Below, piece by piece: positions 27,170 to 42,300 of a stretch of DNA of 64,000 bases (position 1 is its first letter; each line of letters begins with the position of its first letter). The notes below the pieces were generated by a model. It had not been told where the DNA came from. It was given only the letters and a program-made list of their open reading frames with translations, and ran no database searches. The stretch covers positions 164,114,001-164,178,000 of the forward strand of contig OX597817.1 in NCBI GenBank assembly GCA_951406725.2. Reading direction: 5' to 3'. The translations under genes were made by a program, and so were the position numbers. Origin of the DNA: Octopus vulgaris (Eukaryota).

Positions 27170-28730
27170 TATAAACAGCATCACGGAGTTCTATTATTGC
27201 CCTGATGCAGGCATGTTTTCTGTCACTTGATACGAAGGTATTAAAACAGAACTGAAGCACAGGGAAGGTGCATGTCGGGTCAGGCTTCTCTTGATGAAAC
27301 TCAGTACAATAGACCACACAAAATATTACAATTTTTATCCTGCCAAAGGCGGCGAACTGGCAGAAACGTTAGCACGACGGGTGAAATACGTTGAGGTATT
27401 TCGTCTGCCGTTGCGTTCTGAGCTCAAATTCCGCCGAGGTCGACTTTGCCTTTCATCCTTTCGGGGTCGATAAATTAAGTACCAGTTACGCACTGGGGTC
27501 AATATAATCGACTTAATCCGTTTGTCTGTCCTTGTTTATCCCCTCTGTGTTTAGCCCCTAGTGGGCAGTAAAGAAATAGGTATTTCGTCTGCCGTTACGT
27601 TCTGAGTTCAAATTCCGCCGAGGTCGACTTTGCCTTTCATCCTTTCGGGGTCGATAAATTAAGTACCAGTTACGCACTGGGGTCAATATAATCGACTTAA
27701 TCCGTTTGTCTGTCCTTGTTTATCCCCTCTGTGTTTAGCCCCTAGTGGGCAGTAAAGAAATAGGTATTTCGTCTGCCGTTACGTTCTGAGTTCAAATTCC
27801 GCCGAGGTCGACTTTGCCTTTCATCCTTTCGGGGTCGATTAAATAAGTACCAGTTACGCACTAGGGTCGATATAATCGACTTAATCCGTTTGTCTGTCCT
27901 TGTTTGTCCGCTCTATGTTTATTTAGCCCCTTGTGGGCAATAAAGAAATAAGAAACGTCAGCACGCCGGGCGAAATGCTTAGCAGTATTTCGTCTGTCTT
28001 TTCGTTCTGAGTCCAAATTCCGCCGAGGTTGACTTTGCCTTTCATCCTTTCGGGGTCGATAAATTAACTACCAGTTGCGTGCTGGGGTCAATCTAATCGA
28101 CTGGACCCCTTCCCCAAAAATTTCGGACCTTGTGCCTCGAGTAGAAATTTTTTTTTTATCCTGCTAAATAATGCAAGGGACCAGGCCATACAACGGTCAT
28201 AAATCTTCATCGTTGTTCAATATTAGATATCATTGCATAAAGTTGTTTTCATAATGAAATTGAAGACTACATCGCTTACGCAGGTAGTCACTCTTGAAAA
28301 CGAATAGTTAAAGTTATCAGCCGTGACAGAAAACCATTTCAAATACTTAACTTTTATTTGCTGCTTACAGTCACATACAGACAGTGATGTGCGAACTAGA
28401 TCATTGAGCAAAATTAAACAACTCCAGACACTATGCTGCAAACAATCATACGAGTGCCAATGCCTTCTAAACCTCAAGCACAACATATCTACGAGTAATT
28501 TGTTGGGGGACTTACCATCTATCCTCACCTCTTAATATTGCCATGATGACTTCCAAGCAGTCTCCATTCTTTGCAGACGCTGAGGAATCGACACCACCAT
28601 CGGTCTGCTGGCTGTGCGATGACTCGCTTCATGTAGGGTAGTGTCCTACAAAAACCACAAGTGCTTAGTGTTCAAACGAAATGGACACAAGAAAACCAAT
28701 GCCCAGTAAGGAAGTTGGACCATACAAAGT
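27170..28730 (+). mobile_element. Gypsy (Mag/K02A2.6-like) gag remnant split by SINE array
   Basis: TEFYYCPDAG, SLFNIRYHCIKL, TENHFKYLTFICCLQSHTDSDVRTRSLSKI..ECQCLLNLKH, degenerate zinc knuckle PPSVCWLC..H...CP. Confidence 0.65.
27348..28151 (+). mobile_element. Multimeric SINE (head, ~184-bp units, tail)
   Basis: Starts GGCGGCGAACTGGCAGAAACG; flanked by TTTTTATCCTGC(C/T)AAA direct repeats. Other copies at ~7100-7436, 16362-16673, 21630-22021, 35410-35620, 39015-39205, 54920-55342, 61841-62255. Confidence 0.85.
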
Positions 28731-28732
28731 GC

Positions 28733-30020
28733 GGATCTTTTCTGTTTGACAGCCACTTTTCAATTTCTTCAATTTCTGTATCAATTGACCTTATATTTAG
28801 TGCAATGATGTAGTTTTGTATGCTAATCATTGACATGAAATTCATTTTCGCCGTAAATCAAAGAACTTTTAAAGTTTGAAAATTTGGGGTAATTTTAGCC
28901 AATCGTAAGCCACAGACACCTTCTTGCAAGTTTCCATAGTAACAAGCCAAACATGAGAACTCTGCGAGAAAACACGTGTTGACAAATATATTCTGTGCGG
29001 GAAACTTTACCCATCTGTTTGAAAGATTTTATGTTGTCTGTACCCATCTGTTGCTGTTTTTGAATATTTTGTTTGTTTTTTCTGCTGTTTTTTTTTTTAT
29101 ATGGCAGCCAGCTCGTAGGACCTTGTGTATATGATGGAAACCCTTAAAACAGAGGAGGATGCGGTTTCTTACTTACAAGAGAAGGGTGTTGTCCCCAAAA
29201 GAAAATTATACCAAAACAAAAAAAAACATTTTATGAACAAACAATATCGTGGTGAACACCTCTACCGACGGTGCTCCCTCAAACGTGTCGGTGAGGAAAA
29301 ATATGTGGTTTGAAAAGTGGAACATTTCCTCTTTCAAGAGTGGTTACCTGCGTAAATGATGTAGTCTTCAACTTCATCATAAAAATAGCTTCATGCACCG
29401 ATATCTAATATTGAATAACGATGAACGCTTGCCAAAGATTTATGACTGTTGTATGTTTTTTTTCTTTTACTCATGAGCCAAGGAATTGACTTCAGTCCGA
29501 TTTTGTGTAGAACTGGGGATGAGCCATTGCACAGCTGTTGATTATAACTATGGGATCTTTTCGGTTTGAGCGGCAGTTTTTTCTAGCGGTGTCATATTAT
29601 GAACCTAGTATCGATCTATTGCATTTCAATCTATTTTAGGGTTAGGGTTAGGGGTGGGGGAAGGGTATCTTTTTTTCTTCAGAAGTGTATATAAACCCAA
29701 TCTGTTTCTTAAACGAGGGACATATTCATACGGCACAGAATGTTGTTTACCTCAATGGACGTCAGTGATTGGTTGAAATTGCAGAAATTGAAGAAAAAAA
29801 ACAACAAATATCTTGCAAACTATAGAATTTTCTCAATAAAGCCAAGAGAAAAAGATGTTTTATAAACACATTCTACCAGTATACGAAGTTTAAAAGTGTT
29901 TAGTTACGTGGAAATTATTTTTAAAAACTGCCGGTCAAACCGAAAAGATCCTAACTATGTTCGGGAAATATGTGCGAAGGACCTGCTCCGTCATTCAGTT
30001 AAGATTGACGGTCCTGGGAT
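28733..30020 (+). pseudogene. Degenerate Merlin (IS1016/ISXO2-like) transposase 5' part
   Basis: Left TIR GGATCTTTTCTGTTTGA; EEDAVSYLQEKGVVP..HFM..YRRCS, then YS*AKELTSVRFCVELGMSHCTAVDYNY|VREICAKDLLRHSVKIDGPG, split by a MITE. Confidence 0.7.
29553..29951. mobile_element. Merlin-type MITE inserted in Merlin transposase remnant
   Basis: TIRs and TSD TAACTATG. Confidence 0.87.
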
Positions 30021-31054
30021 TTTCCAGCTACCAAAGCGTAGCTTCCTGCTCGTCCTTCATCTACAGCTATTTCAGGCATATTGTTATCCACTTCAAACGG
30101 GGGAAAAGACAACAAAACCCACACGCCTGCTGCACAAGCTGTATGTTTTTGGTAAGCCAGCAACAAATTTACAATAATCTCAACAATTTCAGCAGTTCAA
30201 CGTACACGCGCAGGAGTGGCTGTGTGGTAAGTAGCTTGCTTACCAACCACATGGCTCCGAGTTCAGTCCCACTGGGCAAGTGTCTTCTGCTATAGCCTCG
30301 GGCCGACCAAAGCCTGGTGAGTGGATTTCGTAGACGGAAACTGAAAGAAGCCCGTCGTATATATGTATATATATGTGTGTGTGTGTGTGTGTGCGTGAGC
30401 GCGCGTTTGTGTGTCTGTGTTTGCCTCCCCCCCCCCAACATCGATTGACAACCGATGCTGGTGTGTTTACGTCCCCGTAACTTAGCGGTTCGGCAAAAGA
30501 GACCGATAGAATAAGTACTCGGCTTGCAAAGAATTAGTCCCGGGGTCGATTTGCTCGACTAAAGGCGGTGCTCCAGCATGGCCACAGTCAAATGACTGAA
30601 ACAAGTAAAAGAGAGTACCTGGGCAGAGGCCTTCAACAAAATGCTCAACAATCAATCGTTCGAAACTAAAATTAGTCGATCGCGGGAATACGTGATTCTA
30701 TTCTAAATTGAGTTTGTCCTTTTTATAGCTCTATTTTTCTGCTCTTTAGGGGCAGTTTTGTAGACGACCGCTTTTTGTGCTGTGTGTTGTGTAATTTCGC
30801 AAGGCGGGGTTAATAATACATTTATGCCATTTCTTTGTATTAGATTTTTTTTTTTACTTGTTTCCGTCATTTGACCGTGGCCATGCTGGAGCACCGCCTT
30901 TAGTCGAGCAAATCGACCCCATGACTTATTCTTTGTAAGCCCAATACTTATTCTATCGGTCTCTTTGGCCGAAGCGCTAAGTTACAGGGACGTAAACACA
31001 CCAGCATCGGTTGTTAAACGATGTTGGGGGGAACAAACAGACACACAAACGTAT

Positions 31055-31097
<43 letters not shown>

Positions 31098-31602
31098 TAT
31101 ATACGACGTGCTTCTTTCAGTTTCCGTCTACCAAATCCACTCACAAATCTTTGGTCGGCCCGAGGCTATAGTAGAAAACACTTGCCGAAGGTGCCACGCA
31201 GTGGGACTGAACCCGGAACCATGTGGTTGGTAAGCAAGCTACTTACCACACAGCCACTCGTTGAACTTTTTAAATCCTTGACTCTTACGTTTAGTGTCTC
31301 TTGGTTAACTTTTGCAGCGGATGCGAAGCTGCAACTGTAGCTTTTATTGTTCTTGTGTTTTTCCAGGTTTTCCATGTATTTCATTAGTGTTGATAATTGT
31401 GGTGGTGTTGGTATTTATTCTTTAATTTCAGTGCTTTCGTTTTGTTCACAAAAGGGGGAGAGAAAACATTTCTTCGTCCACCTCGACTTGGAGTGGCGGT
31501 TGTCCTCTCAAAAGCTGGAGGCCATGATTGAAAATAAACAAATGAGTGTTGAAAAAATACACAAATTAAGATTGAAAATTCGCTCGCAAAGGGGTAAACT
31601 TG

Positions 31603-32016
31603 GGATCTTTTCGGTTTGAACGGCAGTTTCTAACATAATTTCTAGGTAACTAAAAAATTTTAAACTTTGTATACTGGTAGAATGTGTTTATAAAACATAT
31701 TTTTCTCTTGGCTTTATTGAGAAAATTCTATAGTTTGTAAGATATTTGTTGGGTTTTTTCTTCAATTTCTGCAATTTCAACCAATCACTGACGTCTATTG
31801 AGGTAAAAAAAAACATTCTGTGCCGTATGAATATGTTCCTCGTTTAAGAAACAGATTGGGTTTATTTACATTTGTGAAGAAAAAAAGATACCCTTCTCCC
31901 CACCCCTAACCCTAAAAGAGATTGAAATGCAATAGATCGATTCCAGGGTCATAATTATGGGTGACAATTTCATATGACACCGCTAGAAAAAACTGCCGTT
32001 CAAACCGAAAAGATCC
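31603..32016. mobile_element. Merlin-type MITE
   Basis: TIRs and TSD TAAACTTG. Confidence 0.87.
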
Positions 32017-34530
32017 TAAACTTGTATAGTAAAAAAAAACTACCCCCGCCAAACAGGTTCAATTAAAATGACGACAAATGTCCAAAAACAAAATACCAAA
32101 ACTTACGAGCTCAAAAAGAGACACATCCGTTCGGTAACTGCCGAAACCTCATATGTCATCTAAGGACAATTTGTTCCAGAAATTACTCGAATGCATTTCA
32201 AACTTTTTTTTCAATGAACTGGTGAACAAGATATTTGTTTTTTGAAAAATATTTAATTTGTTATGTGCTATTTTGCTTTTAGATAAGCCTTTGGTTAATC
32301 TCTTTAACATCCGCTCACAAAAATGGAAAAAAAATAGTGTAATAGGTGTAAAACAGCGTAGTAAACGAATATGAAAAAAAAAATGCGTGATGACGAACGG
32401 GGGTGTGGGGAGAAGACTCGGAAAATTGCCGATGTGAATTTGTGATTTTGCTTTTACCTGGAATACAGCAATAGTTTCCTTAGCTGGTCTTTTGCTCTCT
32501 CAAGGTCACCTATGAGACAATGGGCCTATAGTAACCTCTAAGTTGGGAGACTCATATGTGAGATCAGGACATGCCTATACACCAGCGGCATACATCTAGG
32601 AACCAGCCCTCCTCCAAGCCCTGTATGTTTTAGCCACAGGAACATCTTTTTATGTTTGGCCCATAACTGCAGCTCTTGAGATAGCAGGAAATAATGATGA
32701 TTAAAGGAAAACACCAAACCCCTAAAACTCTTGAACTAAGCTGGACCTTCACCACCGGATGCAGTTTAATCTCTTGCCCAGAACAGTTTTAACTAAATTT
32801 CCCACAAGAGGGTCACTATATTTAGTTAATCAACCTACTAGGAAATCATAGCGAGAATTTTTGATGGTCGTCACTGAAAAGCTTTTGATTATCAGACCGG
32901 AGATTAAATATCAATCATGATATAAGCTGAACCTACATCTATTATCCGAAGTCCCTGAGGAGCTCAGCTCCACTCTCATTCCCTCAGCCTTGTCACACTT
33001 ACTCCCAACACACATTTTACGCCCATCAGATCCATCACCTCCCTTTCCCCTGAGAGCTCCCATTTCCCAGGAGCTTCTCCTGCTTACTGGCCCCACAACT
33101 CACCTCCTTCTTGCACCTTCCTCTCCCAATGCTGTTCTCCATAATTAACCCTTCACTTTCCTGCTCTTACCCTCAATGTCCTCACATACCTACTGCAATC
33201 TCTTCCCCTGAACCTCTCTTCGGTTTCTCGACATCATTTGCTAGTCACCTTTATCCTGCCCATTCACCCAGTCCAAACCTTTGTATTGCTTCACCTATTC
33301 TCACCCTGACTCCATGTCCTTCAAAGACATATACTGACACACTTATGTCGTCATCCCTCTTACATGATACCCCAGTTGGAGAGTATCTACAGCAAGACTC
33401 CCAACTGTCACAAATCACTCCCTCCCAGTTGAAGGGTTTTTGCTTTTCCCTTGTTTAGCAAGGTACTTGATGACACTATCAGTGTTGGTGCCACATACAC
33501 AGCACCCAATGAATTCTGTAAAGTGGTTGGCATTGCGAAGGGCATCCAGCTGCAGAAACCATGCCAAAACAGACAATGGAGCCTGGAACAACTCCACGTT
33601 TGGATGGTGCTTTTTATGTCACCGGCATGGGCAATGGCCTACGCATGAATGGTGCTTATTGTGTGCCACCAGCACGAGGGCCAGTCAGGGGGCACTGGCA
33701 TCGGCCACAACTACAATTTCCATTTGATTCATCATCATCGTTTAACGTCCGCTTTCCATGCTAGCATGGGTTGGACGATTTGACTGAGGACTGGCAAACC
33801 AGATGGCTGCACCAGGTTCCAATCTGATCTGGCAGTTTCTACAGCTGGATGCCCTTCCTAACGCCAACCACTCCAAGAGTGTAGGGGGTGCTTTTACGTG
33901 TCACCAGCACGAGGGCCAGTCAGGCGGTACTGGCAACGGCCACGCTCAAATGGTCAAATTATCCTGTTTAATGTAATGTTTATTTATTCATATTGAATTA
34001 ACCATGCATTATATCATAACTTTGAGATTTCAATGATCTAATTATTTATTTTTAGAATGTCAATGTAGGGTAGACATGAGAGGCTAGATAATCCAGTTTG
34101 AATGTAAAACTGGTAGAATATTTGGGCCAGACATAGCAGGTTTAAATACTAAATGGTTAAGACCTCCATCATTTTAATGTCTGTGTTCCATGCTGGTATA
34201 AGTTGAAAAGTCTCACAAGAACCAATGGATGCACAGGCTGCATTTTGCTCCAGCATGCATTATTTCTTTACTGCCCACAAGGGGCAACACACAGAGGGGA
34301 CAAACAAGGACAGACAATTATTCCTACAGGTATGTGTCCTTCCTAATTCCAACCACTTTACAGTGTGTACGGGCATTAGTGAGATCAACAGACAGCTTGC
34401 AAAACTACATAAAACAATGAGAGAAAATAGGAGCAAGAGAAAACATGGTCAAAAGAGAAATGCTACTGACCATTTAGGTCCACTCAATCAGGGCTATTGA
34501 CAACACCAGTAACAAGTTATCTTTAGATGA

Positions 34531-34536
34531 TTTATT
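34531..34536 (-). promoter_or_regulatory. Putative polyadenylation signal AATAAA of TSR1
   Basis: TTTATT on +, about 35 nt downstream of the TSR1 stop codon. Confidence 0.45.
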
Positions 34537-34569
34537 TTCTGATAATTATAATTTAATGCAACAAGATTT

Positions 34570-34736
34570 TCAGTTTTCCATATCTTCATTAATCTGTTCC
34601 ATAACTGTTAGAGATGGGTTAAATACACGGGGACTGTATGTCCACTTAGGAAAAATTCTTTTGTACAGGTTCAAGAGGATTGTGTCCTGAGATTTCAGCT
34701 GGTTATCAAATATACATTTCATGTGACCATGTGTAC
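34570..34736 (-). CDS. TSR1: TSR1 last coding exon
   Basis: [54 protein letters not shown]. Confidence 0.95.
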
Positions 34737-35296
34737 CTGGACAGAAATAAGATCAATATTGATCATTAATAGACAGAAAGAACATGTTGAAAATTAGTGA
34801 TAGCGGCAGTAATTAATACAAAGAGGTAATATTTATCAACATTTATGTGGGGATAGAGAGAACAGACAGACATTAGATAGAATACTATGGAGAAAGTAAG
34901 ACAGATAAGTAAATAAGAAGCAGGACAAATGAGAGAAAGAGACAGACAATAAAAGTCAGTAGGACAGAGTAGATAGAACACTGTCAGATACAGTAAGGAG
35001 GAGAGAGACAGGTTCTTATATTCAGAGAAAAATATAATATAGGAAAGCAATTTCCGAAAACTCAAAGAACTCACCTAAAGCTTCTTTTATGTGACCTCTG
35101 CGACCCCATTTTGATTTCAGTTCAACAGGTTTAAACCAGTTAACATCCTCTGTAAAAAGAGAACATTTTAATAAGTGTCTGGATGGTTAGTAATAAAATA
35201 TATCCTGAAAAAAAAAGATTATTTAGATATATATCTCATCAATTTGCATGGGGCAGATGGAATTGAGGCATGTGTATATGTGTGTGTGTGTGTATG

Positions 35297-35366
<70 letters not shown>

Positions 35367-36263
35367 GAGAGTGTGTGTGTGTGTGTGAGGGGGGTGACTT
35401 CATTCAATTTCTTATTTCTTTATTGCCCACAGGGGACTAGACATAGAGGACAAACAAGGACAGACAAAGGGGTTAAGTCGATTACATCGACCCCAGTGCA
35501 CGACTGGTACTTAATTTATCGACCCCGAAAGGATGAAAGGCAAAGTAGACCTTGGCAGAATTTAAACCCAGAATGCAATAGCAGATAAAATGCTGCTAAC
35601 ATTTCTGCCAGCTCGCTGCCTTGGGGCTTCATTCAATTTGTGTCTACCAGAAGGCTTTGGTCAAACCGGGGATATTGTAGAAGACACTTGCTAAATGTAC
35701 CATGCAGCATGGTTGAACTCAATATTTTGAACCACACATTAAGAATAATAATGGACTGGAAACGCAAGTATTTGACACTGAGAGGCAGAAATAAAATTCT
35801 TGACAGGGAAGTCAAAAATGCTAGGAACATAGGTTTCATGTTTGCAGTGAATGTATTTGCCGAAAATTTTTTTCAACCAAAGATATGTTGATTGATAATC
35901 TACCAAAATGGTTGGAGAGAGTGTACATAATGGTTTAATTCGGAGACAGGCCAACGTCTGTGACCCTTTTCAGGGTTTCTAAGACTTATAAGAAAGAAGT
36001 TAACCTCAAATTGGAAACTTTGTTCAAATGCTTACAACAATGTAAACTCCCGTGAAGGAACCCAAGTGCCATATGATGGTGTTAAACTAGACAATGAATT
36101 AGGTCTCTCAACCATAACCAAGAACACACCAATAGGCTTCCATTTAGTTTCCACTTACAAAGGTATTGATCTACACAAAGCTATGAGAGCAGACACTTGA
36201 CCAAGCAACCTACTTAACCACACATCCATGCTTGCACTCAACAGACACACACACACACAGAAG

Positions 36264-36338
<75 letters not shown>

Positions 36339-39300
36339 AAGGAGTACTTCGTCAGTTACGACAACGAGGGTCCCAGCTGACACGATCAATGGAACAGCCT
36401 GCTCATGAAATTAACATGCTAGTGACTGAGCAATCCACAGACATGTATACCCCTAACGTAGTTCTCAGGGAGATTCAGCGTGACACAAAGTGTGACAAGG
36501 CCGGCCCTTTGAAATACAGGTACAACTCATTCTTGCCAGCTAAGTGGACTGAAGCAACATGAAATAAAGTGTCTTGCTCAAGGGCACAACGCGTCGCCGG
36601 GAATCGAACTCACGACCTTACAATCGTGAGTCGAATGCCCTAATCATTAAGCCACGTATATACAAAGGCATACACAAAAGAAACTGAATCCAACAAGAGA
36701 TGGAGGGAGACAAAAATATCAAGAAATCATCATAGAACACTTCTGAGAGTAAATGTTGCCCTAGTTCCACAAGTTTTATGATAAGGGACATTACTCTGTA
36801 CGTGTTTGAAATGTAGGCATGCCTGTGAGGTTGAAGTTGGTTTCACAACCACGTGGTTTTGGGTTCAGTCCAATTGCATGGAATATTGAACAATTCTTCT
36901 ACTTTAGTCCTCGACTGACCAAAGCTTTATGAGAGAATATGGTGCTTTGGTCAGAAGTAAGAAAGGTAAAAAAGCCAGCTTTAAAAATACTTTTTCCAAT
37001 AAATTCGTATGCAAATAGCAGAAATCTGCTACAAAATCCATCCCATATATTTTAGGTTAGAGAAATTGGTGTAAAACAGTTAAGACATGCACAGAACACA
37101 CAAGTACTACCCACACTCACATGCAAATACGCCACATCCACAGATAACCAGAAAACGCCACACATTCTCGTACACAGAACACTAACACAATCAACACCAA
37201 TACAACACACACACACACACCTACACTGTCACACATCAATTATATAAAATCCGTTCTGTCTGTCTGTGTGTGTGTCTTCTAGGATCTCGGGCATCTTCCA
37301 TCCGATTGTGCTCAAATTTGATTTGTAGATACCGATGGTATCAGGGCGTGTATAAGTCTTGAAAAAATTACAAAAATCGATTCCAGGTGAGAATGCGATC
37401 GATAAAGTGAATAAAATCGTTTTTCTTTGGAATAGAAAAAAAGTCTATCTTTATTTCTTCTGTTGCTGGTGTCTCAAATTTAGGTTAAATCAGTGTTTCT
37501 CAATGGGGAGGCCTATGGGACAGTCAGACAAGTTGTTTTGGGAAAATTTCCTTTTGCTCGTATTCCCATAAAATACATAACACACACACACAACGTACTT
37601 GCACACTAACACAATGTTACATGCTGACACCCACTTTTGAGATAGTAGAGTTTAAAACCCTTCAAAATTACATGCCAAAACAGACATGGATCCTGAAGAA
37701 CCCTTCAGCTGATCAGCTTCTGTCAAACTGCCTAACCCATGCCAGCATGGAAAACAGACGTTTGATGATGACGACAAATTAACCCTTTCGTTACTGTATT
37801 TATTTTGAGATGTTCTGTGTTTGTGGCCGATGCCAGCCTCGCCAGGCTCCAGTGCAGGTGGCACGTAAAAAGCACCCACTACACTCACGGAGTGGTTGGC
37901 GTTAGGAAGGGCATCCAGCTGTAGAAACATTGCCAGATAAGACTGGAGCCTGGTGCAGCCTTCTGGCTTCCCAGATCCCCGGTCGAACCGTCCAACCCAT
38001 GCTAGCATGGAGAACGGACGTTAAACGATGATGATGATGATGATAAAAGAATTTATCCAAATAACTGAGTTATCATTCAGCTAATGTTAGTAACATAAAT
38101 TGTTACTAAGGTTTAGTGGAAGATTTTAATTCAAAACTTATGAAAATAAGACATTTGTACTCAGATCCAGAGCCGGTTTCAGCCGGGTTAGTAATGAAAG
38201 GGTTAAAAACAACTTGAAACCTTACCTCTGTTAAAGAACATGTAGCGGACCACAGCTGCCTTTTTGTTTATCTTGAATGGATGCCCACTAAGTACTATAC
38301 GTTTGGTAATAATTCGGTTAGGATCAGCTGACATTACTGTCCCTGTAGCTATCAGGTCATGATCACCTAGAAAATAAAGAAGGGTTTTGCTTTACTTTGA
38401 TATCCTACTTGTGATTGATTCGTCTACAGAATGTTCTGGATGGTGGGAACAACAAAGAAATAAAGTTTCTCCTGAAATTTTCAAAAATGAAAGGAGTTAT
38501 CAAGCAAGGACACTCTGCAGATACCACAGAAATTCACCAAATGAAAATCTGATAGTCCTAGCTAAAAAAATTTCAAGAGGCGACTAAAGCTATCAAGACA
38601 GTTTCCACATAAGATTACACAACTTCAGATAGAAAGAACAGCTTCACTGCTAACTAGACAGAAAAATAGACAAAACAGGATATAGTATGTATTAACATCT
38701 ATATCTCACCAAGCATTACTAAAACTAATTGACATTGTGGCATCTGACTTTTATCTTTTATTTGTTTCAATTGTTAGACTGCGGCCATGCTGAGGCACCA
38801 CTGTGAAGAATGGTAGTTGAACGAATCAACCCCAGTACTTACTTTTTAAAGTTTGGTACCTATTCAATCAATCTCTGAAAAAATTAGACATGTGAAGTCC
38901 CCAGTAAATATCACAAAGCCAGACATAGCTTGTGTACAAACATTACACTGATTGTCATCATGTTGGTACAGCTGAGATTACATATCAACAACAGTTATGA
39001 TGACAGAAGTAGCTGCTGTGGTATTTTGTCCGCCACTGCATTCTGAGTTCAAATTCCGCCGAGGTCGACTTTGCCTTTCATCCTTTCGGGGTTGATTAAA
39101 TAAGTACCAGTTACGTACTGGGGTCGATATAATTGACTTAATCCGTTTGTCTGTCCTTGTTTGTCCCCTCTGTGTGTAGCCCCTTCTGGGCAGTAAAGAA
39201 ATAAGAAGTAGCTGCTTAGCTTTATTAATTTCTGTCTCTCTTACTTTAATAAGTTATAAATGACTGATTCAACACATTTTGTTCATGCTAAACTAAAAGG

Positions 39301-42300
39301 TTTGATGTCTCTACCTATTATATTTACCTTAACTAGTTAATCACACCAAACCATAATCTACTATTGCATTAATCAACTACTAACCATTGAGCTATTGACC
39401 ATCAGCAATATATCTTCTGCTCCATAATTTTCCTCTCACATCAATCTGAAGTATTATTTCCCAATTGCAGACACCCTCAAACACTGGTCCCTTACAACAG
39501 CACCAACAATAGAAGCAAACCATCAGGACCCATTGCAACAGAACCAAACCACCATTATTTTTCAGCCTTACTATAAGTTGTTTTGTTTATGGCATTTGAA
39601 TAGCAAATAAGCTCCCTTTAATAACTGTAGGGAGCTAAACAATACAGTAAATTTTGGTGGAAGAACATCTTCTACCGTCCCATCATGACAATATCCTATT
39701 AATCACTCAGCCCAATCCTTGAATACACAATATCAAACCTACTCAAGGTTTTGGTTGGCCCAGGGCCATAGTAGAAGACACTTGCCCAAAATGCCACACA
39801 GTGAGACTGAACTTACAACCACATGGATGTGGATGGGGAACAAGCTTCTTAACCATATAGCCATGCCTGCACATATAAAAATGCACAATATAGTAGATTC
39901 TGGTAATTTCCTGAGGTACATGGCACAGTAAATATTGGCAATGTAATATTCTGAGGTACTTACTGCAGTATATATGCTTTATAATTCTAGTGTACCCTGT
40001 AAACTAAATGTAGTTGATGTTCTGGAGTACACAGTGCAGTAAACAACATGCTATTGTTCAGAGGAGGAAATATGATCCAATTAAGAGCATATTTAGTAAA
40101 GCACTGCTAAGGGGCAGGACTGTGGGCACTGCTAAATTAGTAGTTCTCAACTGGGGTCCATAAAAGATTTTGCTGTTAAAATTTATGTGCAATAAATTGG
40201 TTACATTTCTATTAAGGTTAGGCGTAGGATTGCCTGTGTGGTACATTCACCTCATTAATGTCCGTGTCCAGCCCGCAAGCTACCTTACTCTATGTACTGC
40301 CTTTATGGCAAATTTGATGAAATAAAGTAGCTTGCTTACCAACCACATGGTTCCAGGTTCATTCCCACTATGTGGTACCTTGGGCAAGTGCCTTCTACTA
40401 AAGCCTCGGGCCGACCAAAGCCTTGTGAGTGGATTTGGTAGACGGAAACTGAAAGAAGCCCGTCGTATATAATATATATATATATATGTGTGTGTGTGTT
40501 TATGTGTTTATACCCCAACATCGCTGGACAACCAATGCTGGTGTGTTTACGTCTCCGTAACTTAGCGGTTCAGCAAAAGAGACCAATAGAATAAGTACTA
40601 GGCTTCCAAAGAATAAGTCCTGGGGTTGATTTGCTTGACTAAAGGCAGTGCTCCAGCATGGCCAGTCAAATGACTGAAACAAGTAAAAGAGTAATACACA
40701 AAATATTTAAACAATTTTTTATACAATTACTAATAATATGTAATTAAAGAATATAATAGGATTTTTAAACATTGAATAACTTTGGAGGCCCAACAATTAG
40801 AACAAGAATCAAAGGGATTCACATGAAAAAATGGTTGAGAACCACTGTGCTAAATGATAGAAAAAATTAAATTAGTCCTACTCACCCGATGGAGACTGTT
40901 TAAAAACTAAAACTGTAGCAGGTGGAAATGTTACAGGAGCAAACATTGTGGCAACAGTTGAAGTTTTGTGGGGTAAAAATCTTTCAAACTGTAAAAAAAG
41001 TAAACACTAGTATTTACTAGGAGTGAAAAGATTAATAAGAAAATAGCTTGGGCTTCAAGATGTGACGTCCCCATAGATTAAACTTCCATTGCTTTTTTAT
41101 TTTTCTTATTTCATGGGACTGAATCTTGCTAACAAAAAATGGTGAGAATTCTTGCGGTTAATCAAGTACAATATCACAGAAAATGATGAGGCGTAGGAGT
41201 GGCTGTGTGGTAAGTAGCTTGCTTACCAACCACATGGTTCTGGGTTCAGTCCCACTGCGTGGTACCTTGGGCAAGTGTCTTCTACTATAGCTTCGGGCCA
41301 ACCAAAGCCTTGTGAGTGGACTCGATAGACGGAAACTGAAAGAAACCCGTCGTATATATGTATATATATATATATATATATAATATGTATGTATGTATGT
41401 ATGTGTGTGTATATGTTTGTGTCTGCGTTTGTCCCCCCAATATCGCTTGACAACCGATGCTGGTAAGTTTATGTCCCCGCAACTTAGCGGTTCGGCAAAA
41501 GAGACCGATAGAATAAGTGCTAGGCTTACAAAGAATACATCCTGAGGTCGATTTGCTCGACTAAAGGCAGTGCTCCAGCATGGCCCCCCGTCAAATGACT
41601 GAAACAAGTAAAAGAGATAACTCCTGCTTTGTCAACATCATTCTAATTCAGAAAATAATTCAGATGCAATTAAAATTTCTTTGAATTATTTTCCAGACAA
41701 ATATTTATATTTTGTTGTTAGTCAATACTTATCAGCAAAATAGGTTGAATAACTTTCCACAAACACAGCTGTAACGGTAGCGAAACAGTTGAATGATCTC
41801 CCTTGCAAAAAGGATTATAGAGTAACCTCCCTTTACAAAGGAGCTGTGATTCTTAATTAATCAACAAGTTTAGCGTTTCTCTTGGAAGTTTCTAGAATGT
41901 CTAGCGTTCCATTAATAAAAACAGCTTGCTAACCCAGCTCTTCGCTTCTCAGCCAATTAGACTTAGAGCCATTCACGTCATTTCTACGTCCGTCTATTTC
42001 TCTAAGCCACATGACTGAAAACCACCACTTAGCTATTATTTTTTACATTTTCTGTCTTTGAACTTTCTTGCATAGATTACTTCATTCCACTAGATTTTGC
42101 ATTTCGATTATGTATCATCATCGACCAGTAAATATAATATATTTTTATGTAGTAAATATATAGGTCTTGAATTTATTCTTCATCTCTACATGAACTCTTG
42201 TAATATACATGCAGCCACATCGACGCCTGGTGCCGTTCAAGAATTTGGACCTGGAGATCTCCATTTCCAGCGACTTTGAGGGCCACCTCCCAGTGTTGTC

